Below the pieces are notes generated by a model. That model was not told where the DNA came from. It ran no database searches and saw only the letters and a list, made by a program, of their open reading frames with translations. Source: Flectonema sp. DT1601 (Eukaryota). Taken from it: a stretch of 64,000 bases of DNA. The stretch covers positions 1,178,001-1,242,000 of the forward strand of contig OZ025782.1 in the NCBI GenBank assembly GCA_964019425.1, in the 5' to 3' direction. Position 1 is the first letter of the stretch. Every line of letters begins with the position of its first letter. Positions 21,444 through 33,668 of this stretch are shown here, piece after piece. Position numbers and translations under genes: made by a program.

Positions 21444-23006
21444 TTACTTTAAGAATCCTAATTTCTGTGATTTGAATTGTAGCTCTGTAGGTGCTGTTCT
21501 ATGGTAGTCAGGTGCTTCCAGTTGTTGAGGTGCCTATTTTTTTTTTTTTTTTTTGTGATTTTTTAATTATCTAAAAAAAGACTTTACTAACCAACGATTA
21601 TAAAGAAGAAGTATACCTCCAATGGAAGATCTTGAAAGGTTTCAGGTCCAGTTAACGATCTCTTCTGTGAAGCCAATAACAGCAGTGGATCGTTTCCGAC
21701 AACTTCTCCTTCGAGTCGACGTAATCCGTCTTCTTGCAGTTTTGTTTGAGCATTTTCAAATAGCAACTGTTTTTCTCTACCTTCGATATATTTATCCTTA
21801 CGCTGTTCTAACATAACTTGTTGGTAGGCTGCAGTATAGTAATCTTCAAATTGGTACATTCCGCTAAGAGGGTGAGAAGCTTCTTCTCTGTGAAACTGTT
21901 TTGTGTTTATTTATGGTAATTCATCAGGTACAAAAAAGAATCGGCAAACTTCACTTTTTTACTTACTCACTCACACCTTTATTTTGTTTGTGCGCAACCA
22001 GGTAGAAAATCCTAATAAAGGAATAGGTTAGTTACGCTGTCACAATTCTCTTTCTACCGAACAATGGGTTTGTAGGTACAAAAAAATAATGTTATTAAAA
22101 AAAATAATAACAAACCGCAGGGCATAACGCACGCTTTGCGTTTATGATATTTTGTTCAGCGGATCCCATTTTTCCAGCATATTGTAAACCATATTTTTCA
22201 ACATAACTTACTTCCTCATTGTATTGCATGCCGTCTTTTATGGTCTGAGCAATATACCTGCGAGAGTATTCCTTAAGAGCCCTTCCCTGAGCCTGTCTTT
22301 CTAAAATTTCTCTTATTTGAGTCGATGGAACGAGTCCTGTGACGTCTCTTCCAACGGTACATGCTAAGCAAATAGTGTGAGCGATTTCATCCACATGAGT
22401 GGGGGCTACAACAAACTTAGTATGGGCACAGTACTCAGCGATTGGCTGCATTACATGTTCAACAGGATTTCCGATTACCTGACTCGGAAACCACAATGGA
22501 CCTGCCATGTGTTTCCAACCAAAAACCCAATTCGGTCTTAATAAAAAATATTTTTTTGGAAATAAAGCTTCGATAATAAGTTCTGCCTTTAACTTACCAT
22601 TATAATATGATTGAAAAGGTTTTTGTGCCCAAGTAGCATATTGAAAAGCTGAAACGTATCCAAATTTTGTTAGTTTTGAACACTCATTGGCTGCTAAATG
22701 TGCTAAGTATATGTTAGTATCCGCATTCGATTCGTACACCATATTACTTTTACCAACACCAAACATACCAACACATGAAACGACGTTGGTTGCTCGTTTT
22801 AGTTGGTCTCGGTATTGATCTCCATGAAGTACGTCGCTCTTAATCCATTCCACTCTATCGGTCCATTTTTCTTTAATGTGCTTTGGTCTTCCTGATCTGC
22901 TTAATGATATCACTTCGAATCCAGTTCTGATAGCTTCCTTACAAACATTACTCCCGATAAATCCACTTCCTCCAGCTACAAATAAAACTCTACCGACCCC
23001 CGCCAT
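21444..23006 (-). CDS. Atypical SDR / NAD-dependent epimerase (Coq11/NDUFA9-like) with C-terminal extension, 3 exons (23006-22116, 21895-21617, 21533-21444), 419 aa
   Basis: VAGGSGFIGSNVC...SLSRSG, YYNGKLKAE, LRPNWVFG; phase-0 introns 21896-22115 and 21534-21616 join the ORFs in frame. Confidence 0.85.
21926..22085. mobile_element. Dispersed element copy 2, intronic, flanked by 12-bp direct repeat AGGTACAAAAAA
   Basis: Direct repeats at 21926-21937 and 22074-22085; similarity to 11828-12015. Confidence 0.7.
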
Positions 23007-23435
23007 AGTAAGACTGTACAACAAGATAATTATAATATAATAATTCAATTTCTTCAATCAAGAAAATTTCACTTGAGAGGGTACAAAAGAAGAGCAGTCA
23101 ATCACGTAAGTGAAGAAACGTAAATTCGAATTAAAAAAAAAAAAAAAATCCAAACAAAGGACCAGTATAAATAAAAAATGAACAGCAGGTAACAAAAAAA
23201 AAAAAAGAATTTAAAAAAAATAATAATTTTTCTAGAAGACCAGTCTTCTAAGAATTCCCACGATTGAAATCATAAAGAACTCGAGGAAGTGATTCCCGTG
23301 AACGAAAGGGAATGCAAGGGCTGATAGGCGTACTAGGTTGCTGCGGCTCTGTGTTATCAGTACCACCTAGTTCTGTGTGTGTGTTTGATATTCACATTTA
23401 TTATTCGACAGCTATACATATGTTTTGTAATGTTT

Positions 23436-25653
23436 CTATAACATACCACGACTGCTATCAATACCTCGTTCGAATTCATTTATTGCTGTTTGAATTGACT
23501 GTAAATCTGTCCTGTCTACATCACAAGTAGTGTTAGCGATGTAATGTTTATTTCTTTGATTGTTGTTACTATGTTTTGGTGATGCAGTTGTCTCGGATTC
23601 CACGCTTGATTCGGAGTTGGGAAAACATGAACTGAAACAACCGCATAGTTGATCTTCGTTAAGTGCGGGTTTTTCTTCAATCAAACGCCTTTCCATTTCT
23701 GTAGTGACAGCCGTCATGATCGCGGGATACATTGTACATATAAATAAGAAATCATCCTTTTCTAATTTGAACATCTCACAAGCAGTCACCGCTCTGATTG
23801 AAGCATTTCGTTCAGTCTCTCTCAGCAAGGCTATTTCTCCAAACCAAGCACCATCACTTAGAGCAGCAACAGGTTTTTCTTCATCATTAATAACCCTTAG
23901 AACTTCAACTAATCCATGTCTTAATAAGTACATTTCATGACCAATTTCACCAGTTTGAATTACAATTGCTCCTGGCTCAACAATGTCTTGAGTTAAGAAG
24001 TCTGTCAATACCTCACACACCATTGTGGGTAGTGATTTAAATAGCGGAACTCCCTTAACTAAACTGTACTTCACATATTTCAGAACTCGATCACGCATAA
24101 AGGCTGGAAGATCATCAAGGAACTGTGAACTTTGAACTCTCACCCCTGCTTCTAGTATCATTGGGTAAAGAGAAAAGGGTTCTTTTTGCAGTTCCCATGG
24201 AACTGAGAAGTGATCCATCATTTGAGCTAGCGCTCGTTTCTTTTCTCTGATATTCTGTTCAATATGTGAACGATCCACAAGAACGGTACTGATACGACCC
24301 ATCACTAGAGCATAACCACCTGCTCCAGCAACAACTACAACTGTGCTGAAATATCTGTTTTTTTTTTTCTTTTTTTTCTTTTTCCCCCTCCCTTCTAACT
24401 TTATTAAACAACAACATACCTACTACTGGTAGTTAATGGAGTAACATCACCGTATCCGACAGTAGTCATTGTGACAAGAGACCAATATAATGCATAGCCG
24501 TAATCGTGCCACATGTCGCGTTCCGTCTCAGGAGATTGCAGGTAAGCTCCCGTAAAACTTCCAACTTCGTTAGATATAATGAGCAAGCAGATCGACGCTA
24601 TAATATGAACTGAAATTAAAAATATAAAACTTATTTTTATAGTTTCCGAATACGCAGTATCATCAACCAGTGGGTTTGATTTGCTGAATGGTTGTCCAAT
24701 TTTACCCCTCTTGAAACGAACGATTTTAAAAATTCGTAAAACAGAAAAAGTTCTGTATGCCTTCACAGATGTAGACAAGCATAACAAGTCAAAGGGAAAC
24801 GCTATTATCAAATCAAAAAAAACCCCACCAGATTTAACGTATCTAGTGGCTATGCTGTTAACGGAATCGTCTATTAGCGTCCAACCATCTAGAGTCGCTG
24901 TTCTAAAATTTATTCCGATGGTCAATAAGAAAAAGCAGGTTGATAGTAGCATAACGATCAACTCTAATTGCATTGGTTTTGAGTTGTTGCCTTTCGTGCA
25001 CATCGGAACTGACATAAATAGACATTCAGCTAAGTATAGAATAACCCACACAGTGTCCCACATCATTCTGAAGATACTATCTGGTAACATTATTAATTTC
25101 TTTTTCTTGATCTCATCTTTTTCTTGTGATTTTAGTTTTTGTGTTTCTGCAAAGAGAGTTGAACGCTTGTCGTTTTTCTTTCCTGCTTGAGTTGATGCTG
25201 TGGTTTTTAGTTCGTCCATATCACCATTCGATGGGTTGTCAGGTTTTGGTATTTGCGAAAAACCTGCCGCAGGAAGTGGTAGTTTTGGTTTTAAACCACC
25301 TGACAAATAGACGATCTCCTTCGTCGAACGTCTATTTCTGACTAGAAGCTGTCGAGATGCTGTGCTGGTTAGTGATCTTTGAGATGCTTTTTTAGTCAAG
25401 TTAATCGCTTGATTTCTCCTACCTCCAATTCGTGCTGATAGTTCTCTGATTGAATTTTCAATGAGAAGAAGCCTCTCGGAGACAACAGCATGTTTGCTTT
25501 CAATCAAACTACTCAACCTACCATACGGATCACTGTGAGTAAAGTCAGCAATTGGAGCCTCAAGAGGCTCACAAACAGGGCTGTCAACTCTGGTTATGGG
25601 AACTGCTGAATCCAACCTTCTGAAGTCATCAACCAGAAGGTCACCGCTTCGAT
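23436..25653 (-). CDS. Cyclic-nucleotide-binding-domain K+ channel (KCNH/HCN-like); intron 24355-24419; 5' end unresolved
   Basis: Pore YWSLVTMTTVGYGDV; CNBD GEIGHEMY...WFGEIALL...RNASIRA; spliced junction SSR-YFSTVVVVAGAGGYALVMGRI. Confidence 0.87.
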
Positions 25654-26266
25654 CTACGATGATATTATTAATTTTTTTTTAATAAAGAAGTTTCAGCAAC
25701 TGAGATGTGTAATTGCTTGCTCGGATTACATGTAGGCAGGCACCCAGCCCCTTAACATTTATACTTGTTAACTAATTAGAATGAATGCTTTAGTTAAAAA
25801 ACAAAAGAACGAACAAATTCAATTTCTTTTTATACTAACTTAATAAACCAACATCACAGCCAGGTGTGGTGTTGAAGCGAAATTAAGGGATTGTTGTGGG
25901 AAGAGGAGAATAGGCTTTATAAGGTAGCCCGCGAGAGGTAAAAAATTGTAAATGAAAAAGAAAAAGAGAGACGGCTCCCCAATAGCCTTGTTAACACCCT
26001 ACTTGGTAATAGTACAATTTGAATAAATTTTCAAAGAGATTATCTCAACGAAGAGCACAACAATCAGCCTGAGTGAAGGTATTCCCCAAACTGTTGTTAA
26101 ATTGATATTGCTTGCAGAATCTTACTCAAAAAAAAAAAAAAAAAAACGGAAAACACATCCGGCGGTAGTGAAACAGCGAGTGCATAAGAGACTGTCCTCT
26201 TATACATTAAGAAAAAACCATGTAATGGGGTTGGTTGTGTAAGTGTAGGTAAGTAATCAGATTTGC

Positions 26267-27880
26267 TTATTTTGGTTCATCATTCCTTCCGTAGTATGTG
26301 AAATTCTCAAAATCATTACTACCGCCAGTGTAACTGTCATTAGCTGCCATCGAATGACGAGCTGGTTCTGAAGTAAACTCATCATCGAAATGGAGTTTAG
26401 AAGGATCTGGTTTGAATGGAACTGGTAGTTCTTTTTTCATCATCTTATCCCAATCAATATCACCAAAGAATGAATGAGATTTGAAATCAGTCACTTCCTG
26501 CATACGAACATCAGGATCTCTGTCTAACAGCTTTGCTGATAAATCTCTCGCCCCTTCAGACATGTCATCTGGGAATGTCAAAGGTTTTTTCTATTTTTTT
26601 TTTTTTCGTGTAAATTTTCTTCTCAACTACCACACAACTAAAACAGAAATACAACATACCAAGATTAACTCATACATGTCATTCACTTGCTCAGAGTAGA
26701 ACGGAGGAAGTCCTGTTATCATCTCATAGAGAAGAATCCCAAGTGACCACCTGTTTATTATTTTGAATTTAGAAATAATTTTCAATCTAATAAGTAATTA
26801 AAATTAAGACATACCAATCTACAGCCTTACCGTGACCACCACCCGTTAAGAATTCTGGAGCGAGGTACTCCGGTGTTCCACAGAAGGTTTTCGCTGTTTT
26901 AGTGAAATTGAACAGCGGTGTGAATACACAGTAGTAATATAGAATCAAACCATACCGTCTTGTCCTTGGATGTTTGGTTTTGCGAGACCGAAATCAGTGA
27001 TGCAGCAGTTGCCGTCTTTATCCAAAACGCAATTTTCTGGTTTCAGATCCCTATAAATAATACTGAGCTCGTGAAGGTGTCCAAGAGCTAATCCGATCTG
27101 ACCTGTGTAGAATTTCGCTCTGGGTTCTGGAAAGTTACCACACTGTGAAAGATGAAAAAAGACTTCACCACCTGATAAGAAATCAAGAATCAGGTAGAGC
27201 TTGTCTTTCGTTTGAAAGGCAAAGTGAAGTTTAACAATAAAAGGATGGTTAATCATTCCTAAGATGTTCTTTTCAGCTTTTGTATGATCAACGAGGTTCT
27301 CACGAAGGATGACTTCTTTACGCATTGCTTTCATTGCGTATATCTCACCAGTGTCTTTCTTTCTAACTTGCATTACCTTTCCAAATGAACCTTTTCCCAC
27401 AACTGCGAGAAGATCAAAATCGTCAAGAGAGACTCGTTTGTTTTCCTTTGAGAATGATAAGTCATCGTCGTCACTTTCTTCAGCTACTTCGATTTCACCA
27501 TCTTGAGGTTGTTCTTTACTATCAGCGATTGCTGTAGTCCATTCATTCTTCTCTTCTTCTGTTGATGCCATAAGTGTGTAGGCTTTTGATAGTGCAGGAC
27601 CTTGAATCGTCCAGGCAAACTTCTTCTTCGGATCATCAGCGACAATCGTATCAGCCAAGTCGATACAACCCAAAGCTTTCTCTCCAGAACCTGATGGTTT
27701 TGTTTTGTAGTAGTAAAGCCTTTTCCCGCTTAATTCAAACCATCTCTCTTGGTCACGTTTAAGTGGTCCTCCACCGCTCTGTTTTATTTGAAATGTTTAG
27801 TTGAACTTGAACGATAAAAAACCAACTCGTGTCCGATACAAAAAACATACCTTCTTCAACAACCCTGTCATTTCAGGCAT
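26267..27880 (-). CDS. PH-domain AGC kinase (Akt/PKB/RAC-like), 5 exons (27880-27851, 27778-26956, 26893-26815, 26750-26660, 26590-26267), 448 aa
   Basis: PH ([21 protein letters not shown]...LYYYK), [38 protein letters not shown], hydrophobic motif FENFTY; four GT-AG introns of 72, 62, 64 and 69 nt keep frame. Confidence 0.93.
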
Positions 27881-28037
27881 GTTGCGAATGTGACTTTGAT
27901 ATCTGAGGTACGGAAGCCTGTCTGGAAAGAAATATATTTCACAAGAAACCAACAACACAAACAGCTCTAACTGAATCCCGACTGACAGAAGCCACGACGG
28001 ATTATAAAGTGTAAATACGAATGAGAATAATAGAACG

Positions 28038-29971
28038 TTACGTTCCCTGAGCCTGTCTTTCTAGAGATAGTATTTCTTGTTGAATTTCTAAGTGAGAGTT
28101 TTGTTTGTCTTTTGCTGATTGTATTCGACGTTCATTAGCAATAAACTCTTTAGTGTTGAGAGAGTTTTCGATCCTACGCTTCATCGCTTGCTGTTTTAAG
28201 TCTGGAAGGATATCATGAAAAGTGTGGGACCGCATAGTCAGTACACCGCGTGCGGGTTCAAAACAGTCGACGTTATGTTCAGATCGAGTTGTTAGTAGTT
28301 TGACTTCTTCTGTTAAAGAATCTTTTTTATTTCGTAATTCTTGAAGGAGTGTTTCCTGTTCATTCTTATCAGGGTTATATCCACTGTTTTCAAGGGACTG
28401 TAATTTCAATTCAAGAACGCGAATATCTCTTTCTAAGAGTTCCTCAGAAGTTTCTTTCCTTCCAATGATTGCTTCATTAGCTGTAGCGTAGGTTCCGTAC
28501 AGATGCAATGCTCGTTTTGCTTCTTCGTATTCAAGTCTGCGGAATGTGTCTTCATGTTCTTGTTCATCAATAAACAGTGAGAGGTGAAGATATCCTTCAC
28601 GATCGATGAGATTCATTCCAGCTATTAGATTCTGTTGAAGTTCATTTGCTTTTTTATAAGAATTTAAGAGGTCGGAAGCTACTTCTGACCATTGATCGTA
28701 TTCAGCTACTCTTGTTGCTTCAGTTTCTAGTTCTTTAGTGCAAAACTGAACCAGTTGAATTCTTTCTTGTTGAATTAGGGGAAGTAGCTGTAGTTTTTCA
28801 ATTATTTCCGATACTATTTCGTCTTGTTTTCGAGTGTTTTCTTTTATTGAATCTCTTCGTTCTTTTTGCGTCACAGACATCATTGCGATCTTTTCTTGAT
28901 TTTCGGTTTCTCTAATTTTCATCTCTCCGACTATAGAATCAATTCCGTTTAATATTTCCTCGCGATTGGATTTCTGACTGCCGAGTACTACAGAGACTAA
29001 GTGTTTGATATCTTTCTTCCATCCACTTACCTGTGTGTTTGTGTTTTTTATTGAGTTTTTTTTTTTTTTTTTTTTTTTTCAAAAAAAAAAAAAAAAAACA
29101 TAAAACGCACCTGAGCTGCATGTTCTTCTATATCTCCATTGCAGAGAATGATACTTTGAATTCGTGAGTGTTGTGTTTCTGTGAGTGAGTACAGCTGTTT
29201 TTCAATTTCAACTTCTAGAGATGAGACCGTTTCTTTATCTCCTATTGTAAGAGCAGCACTTCGTTTAGCAGAAAGGATTTTTGATTGCATTAAATCAGTA
29301 TCAATTTGTTTTGATGTACCTGACAACTCTAAGTTGAGAAACTGCAACACATCAGCTGATGCCAAGTCTGATCCCTTTTCCAAAGCAGACATGATGGGAC
29401 TTGGATCGGTAGAGTCTCCAGCAATAACAGTAATGATCTCAAGCAATCGATCTTTAATCTCGCTTCTCTCAACTCTTGATGAGGTTTTTGTCATTTTCAT
29501 TAATAATTCAGACAGGCAATTCTTATCAATCGGTGTTGAATTACTCAATTTTTTTATATTTTCATACGAATGAGATAATTCACAATTTTTAAATACACTC
29601 TCAGGTGTTTCCCTTTCCTTAGCCGGTTCTTTTATCCCTCGTGTAAACTCTTCCAAGGCAGGTATCAGCTGTTGATTTTGATCAAGTAACTCCTCTTTAA
29701 AATCTGCCATTAATTTTAAATTATTTTTATGAAACTTATCAACGATCGTGCATTGCTTGTGTAATTCGTTATATAAGCTTTGGTTTATACTTGGTTGTTG
29801 GTTAGGATAATGTTCTATTTGCTCTCCTTTTACAACTGAAAACTTCACACCATGAGCTTCTGTCGGAGGTGTTTTCTTAGCCGTCGGATCCTCCCAAGAC
29901 TTATCTGGTAGAGGTTCCATTAAAGGGAATTCACTTCTACTGAATTTCTTATGATTCATAACAGATGTCAT
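28038..29971 (-). CDS. Paraflagellar rod (PFR) family protein, divergent, 2 exons (29971-29111, 29030-28038), 617 aa
   Basis: C-terminal RKETSEELLERDIRVLELKL...YNPDK...LQELRNKKDSLTEEVKLL...CFEPARGVL...FHD...RRIE parallels the PFR1/2 C-terminal pattern; 80-nt intron joins in frame. Confidence 0.75.
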
Positions 29972-30110
29972 GTTGTTACTTTAACTGTTTAATAAGAATA
30001 CATTGTAACGTGTGGGTTGTGTTAATGTTGTTTGTTAGAATACAACTCGTATTACTAAATATCTACAAAGAATAGAATGCTCTCATCTCAGTGAGTATGT
30101 TTAGGGGTAG

Positions 30111-30359
30111 CTATGTGTCAAAGTCACCTTTTAAGACGACGAAAACGTGTTGATCGTCTTTCAGTTCGCTGCATATTAAAGCACTTGGAGAGTGGATTGT
30201 CCCTCCTTCTTGTCTAATTCCAAGTGGTTTTCCAAGTGAAACACCAAAATTACTATCGTAACGAGCAACTCCAACACTTCCTAACCAAGACACTTTCTGG
30301 GTGCCTTCACCACATTCTACACAGATTACTTTCTCTCTAACATGGACGTTAATTTTCAT
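30111..30359 (-). CDS. Small 82-aa protein, ubiquitin-like/Par3-HAL N-terminal-like fold
   Basis: MKINVHVREKVICVECGEGTQKVSWLG...ARY...ELKDDQHVFVVL pattern; upstream pyrimidine-rich AG. Confidence 0.65.
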   Translation of the reverse strand: MKINVHVREKVICVECGEGTQKVSWLGSVGVARYDSNFGVSLGKPLGIRQEGGTIHSPSALICSELKDDQHVFVVLKGDFDT

Positions 30360-30938
30360 GTTGTAGTACCAACTGGAGACTTGAGAAAAGTTAATTATTA
30401 CTTTACGGTGTGATTAAGACTAAGTGATCTTGTTGTACGTGTGCGTGTTTCTTGTGTGGAAAGAAAAAATGAGTTTTTATTTTGAAAAACACACGTCTAC
30501 TAAGGTTATTATGTAAAAAAAAAGTTGAACACGTCAAACAATAAAGAAATGTCATGTTCAAAAAAAAAAATAATAACGATGGAGAGGAAAATGGAAGATA
30601 ACGTTAACAAAAATAAAGGAGAGAGAGAGAGAGAGAAGATGGTTTTTTTTTTTTTTTTCATCATTATATTACCATCTCTGATTACGAACAGACTTCCACC
30701 GAATTAAAAGGAAAACCAGAAATAATTCAGGTTCCTACTCGCGGAAAATACTTAAATCGTCATTATAAAACTGAGGCCTGCATCAGAGTAGTAAAATGGT
30801 TAGAAAAAAGACAGGCGAAAGCAACGAGAGGTCTTTCATGACCTGCGAGTACGAAATATAAAAAACAAGTCCCGCCGTCAATTGACTGTAACAGATTTCA
30901 CAAGAATGGCTTTGAATGATGACGAAGTAAGTGAACGA

Positions 30939-32039
30939 CTAGTGAAGTTCCTGCATCAGAGTGTACGCAAATCCGTTCTTGTCCAAGACACTCGAAATGA
31001 AATATTTAGGAATCGCATTTTCGAATATTACTTCTGGGCGCTCTCTCCTCTTAAAAAGTTCATGAGACCCATCAGCATACGTAACGTTCAATGTGAATGG
31101 ATCGATCGGACTGGTGATGTAGTTTTTAGTCGCCTCCGTCGAGAAAGCATGTCCTCCGTGAGGACCGTAGTGATATAACACATGAAAGTTATCACGAGAA
31201 TCAATCCAAATGAAAGGATCTTCACAAGCAGTACACTCAATCTTTGATGTGTACGTGTATGAGGTTGCGTTACTACCCGAGTCAGATATCGCAATTCCAA
31301 TCGCTTCTTGAGCTAAATTCATTCTAAACGCCATAACATGACGGTCTAGTTTCTTACTATAAACAACACTTGGATTCGATACATGTGTTTTACCAACTCC
31401 TTTAATATAAACAGAGTTTACCTTCCAGCTGTCTGAGGCTACGTCTTCACTTTCAGCAAGCCAGATATCTGGTTGAGTATTACCAGGAGGCATTGGTTTA
31501 ATAAAAGGAGGTCTGATGACTGCACTGTTATACAATCCTGGGTATGGAAGGCTACTGTTACCAGGACATACATCTTTGGGGCCTGGTTGTGGGATATCGT
31601 TAACTCTAAATATCAAATAGGTTTTCGAATTAGCCCTCCAAATGTGTGGTCCAAAAGAGTCAGGAACCGAAAGCATACTCTTCACAGTCTTCTCACCTTC
31701 GATACTTTCTGATGTTAAGTGGGCTATGAATGAACCACCAGCTCCAGATGTGAGTACCCCATGATCTCCACAAGCAACATCAACTAAAGAGTGAACCATT
31801 CCATTAGTATCTGTTACAGCTGTGTATCCCCAACTTGAAACATTTGTTGATCCTTTCTTCGGCCATATTTGACCTCCTCCATACAAACTCAACTGCGCAC
31901 AGCTGTCACCCATAAAACCAGGGTCACACTGACATTTCTCATTAACACACAAACCATTCAAGCTGCAATTTTCGTCAGTTTTGCAAGCTTTAGCACACAC
32001 GACACTCACTAGGAGTGCTATCACTCGAACAGTCTTCAT
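30939..32039 (-). CDS. Secreted EGF-like + glycoside-hydrolase-like beta-propeller (GH43-like) protein
   Basis: Signal peptide MKTVRVIALLVSVVCAKA; EGF CSLNGLCVNEKCQCDPGFMGDSC; SSWG, SNPSV, CEDPFIWID...FHVLYH, RRERPEV motifs. Confidence 0.75.
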   Translation of the reverse strand: MKTVRVIALLVSVVCAKACKTDENCSLNGLCVNEKCQCDPGFMGDSCAQLSLYGGGQIWPKKGSTNVSSWGYTAVTDTNGMVHSLVDVACGDHGVLTSGAGGSFIAHLTSESIEGEKTVKSMLSVPDSFGPHIWRANSKTYLIFRVNDIPQPGPKDVCPGNSSLPYPGLYNSAVIRPPFIKPMPPGNTQPDIWLAESEDVASDSWKVNSVYIKGVGKTHVSNPSVVYSKKLDRHVMAFRMNLAQEAIGIAISDSGSNATSYTYTSKIECTACEDPFIWIDSRDNFHVLYHYGPHGGHAFSTEATKNYITSPIDPFTLNVTYADGSHELFKRRERPEVIFENAIPKYFISSVLDKNGFAYTLMQELH

Positions 32040-32372
32040 TTTTATTCTTCTCCTAAACACAAAGTAAATAATGAGATTATATAAAAAGTATACTCCTGTA
32101 GCAGCAGCAGTAAGGTCGGTACTCAAGTTTGATTGCTCTCGTCTGTTAATTATAAAGAAAAGGTATTCAACCATCTCATCCACAACTTAAATAACAATAA
32201 GAACAAAACCAAACAACAATAACAACCGAGAAATAAATAGCAAAAAAAAAAAAAAAAAAAAAAATGAGTGGAAATTACTCTTTTTTTTTTTTTTTTTTTT
32301 TTTTCCCCGCGTGAAAATCTAAGAAAAATAAAGAATAGTCTCAATGAACTAATCCACGATGAAAACACCACA

Positions 32373-33182
32373 TCATTCGACTTGGTAAGCAACACCATTC
32401 TGAAGTAATATACTGTGAGTACCTGCTTCAGTAATTCCTTCTTGTAATAAGATATCAGTATGACCATTCGGGGTATTAATACGAACGTACGGATCTCCAG
32501 AAGGTGATTTCCAACACGCAGGAAGTGGAGTTGCTGATGACGGTAAAGTAGTAAGAAACGGACATTCCTCTTCAGAAGCAAACACAGAAAGGATCCACGA
32601 AAGAAGAGCAAAGATGATAGCAGCAGCAGCACCACCACGTGCTACAGTTGTGAGAATTGCAGGTGATTGAGAAGAACGGTTTTTAACAATCGGAGATTGC
32701 ACCTGTTGCACTTGTTCACGATCTTGAACAGTTCTAATGGGTGACGTTCTTTCAGTTTTAGAAGCAGCTGTTGGAAGAATCACTAATGGTGTACACGGTA
32801 GACTTTGATAACTAGTTGGCTCTCTTTCCTTTAATACTAAAGTATACTCCGCATGATCTTGTAGTGTAGCACAACCAACTATAATGTGACAACCTGATGA
32901 GTCTAACAAACTGAACTCTTCATTTCCTCTTATAGAAAACACATTCTTAATAGTTGATATTATATTTTCAGCACGTTCTTTTGGACCAATTTTGAATCGT
33001 TTTGGTTCTTCTGTTCCCTGTCGTATTGAGAAGGTCTTTACATGTTCATAATCTCTTCCAAACAGTTCACTCAGAGATTCAATGCTCTCATCAACATCTT
33101 GTTGATGCTTTACAAGATCTGTCTGACGTTTTAGGAGTGCTGGTGCCGATTGATTTGCTTTCTTATTGGAGCCAAAGACCAT
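32373..33182 (-). CDS. Hypothetical single-pass membrane protein (269 aa)
   Basis: ATG ORF; hydrophobic GGAAAAIIFALLSWILSVFA near C-terminus. Confidence 0.65.
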   Translation of the reverse strand: MVFGSNKKANQSAPALLKRQTDLVKHQQDVDESIESLSELFGRDYEHVKTFSIRQGTEEPKRFKIGPKERAENIISTIKNVFSIRGNEEFSLLDSSGCHIIVGCATLQDHAEYTLVLKEREPTSYQSLPCTPLVILPTAASKTERTSPIRTVQDREQVQQVQSPIVKNRSSQSPAILTTVARGGAAAAIIFALLSWILSVFASEEECPFLTTLPSSATPLPACWKSPSGDPYVRINTPNGHTDILLQEGITEAGTHSILLQNGVAYQVE

Positions 33183-33668
33183 AATTGAATACCTGTGTAC
33201 GAGGGAATATGTTTAGTGACCTTGAGCTTCTTGTTGTGTATTAAATTGAATCTGGGTGTTGCTGTGTATTAAAAAAAAACATTTTACTGAGTAAAATAAT
33301 ATTGCGATTTATTACTATGAGAAGTAACTAATAGCTGAAGGGCGAGGAAAACGACGTGCGAGATGTTAAGTACGATAAACAGCAATAGCATGCCACTCAA
33401 AAATGACACCCACACGAAGGAGGGCGACACGCGCAAAGGGTACGTGGAGTTTAAAAACTTTCTGTTTCTTTCTTTCTTTTTTTTTTTTTTTGTGTCAGTT
33501 TCCCAGCAGGAATTCGAGATACCGCCACTTAAAACAAAATCAATAGATAAACATCATAAGGTTTTCTTTTTATTCATTTTTTTTTTTTTTTTTTAAATAA
33601 CTACGTAACCGGGAACAACAAACCAATAACCCAGACTGACACACTGATTTATGATTTAACAAACACCA

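Noticed and set aside
21069..21446. Apparent TAA read-through or alternative genetic code linking ORF 21069-21371 to the Pro-rich ORF
   Set aside because: TAA, TAG and TGA all terminate well-conserved genes here, no conserved gene contains internal stops, and the upstream ORF looks like AT-rich spacer.
21587..21859. Stand-alone 90-aa gene
   Set aside because: It is exon 2 of the SDR gene; both flanking introns are GT-AG and in frame.
29025..29033. CAG|GTAAGT as a recursive splice site
   Set aside because: The downstream sequence reads in frame into the PFR-like ORF, and AG|GT is a common exon-start context; no further evidence.
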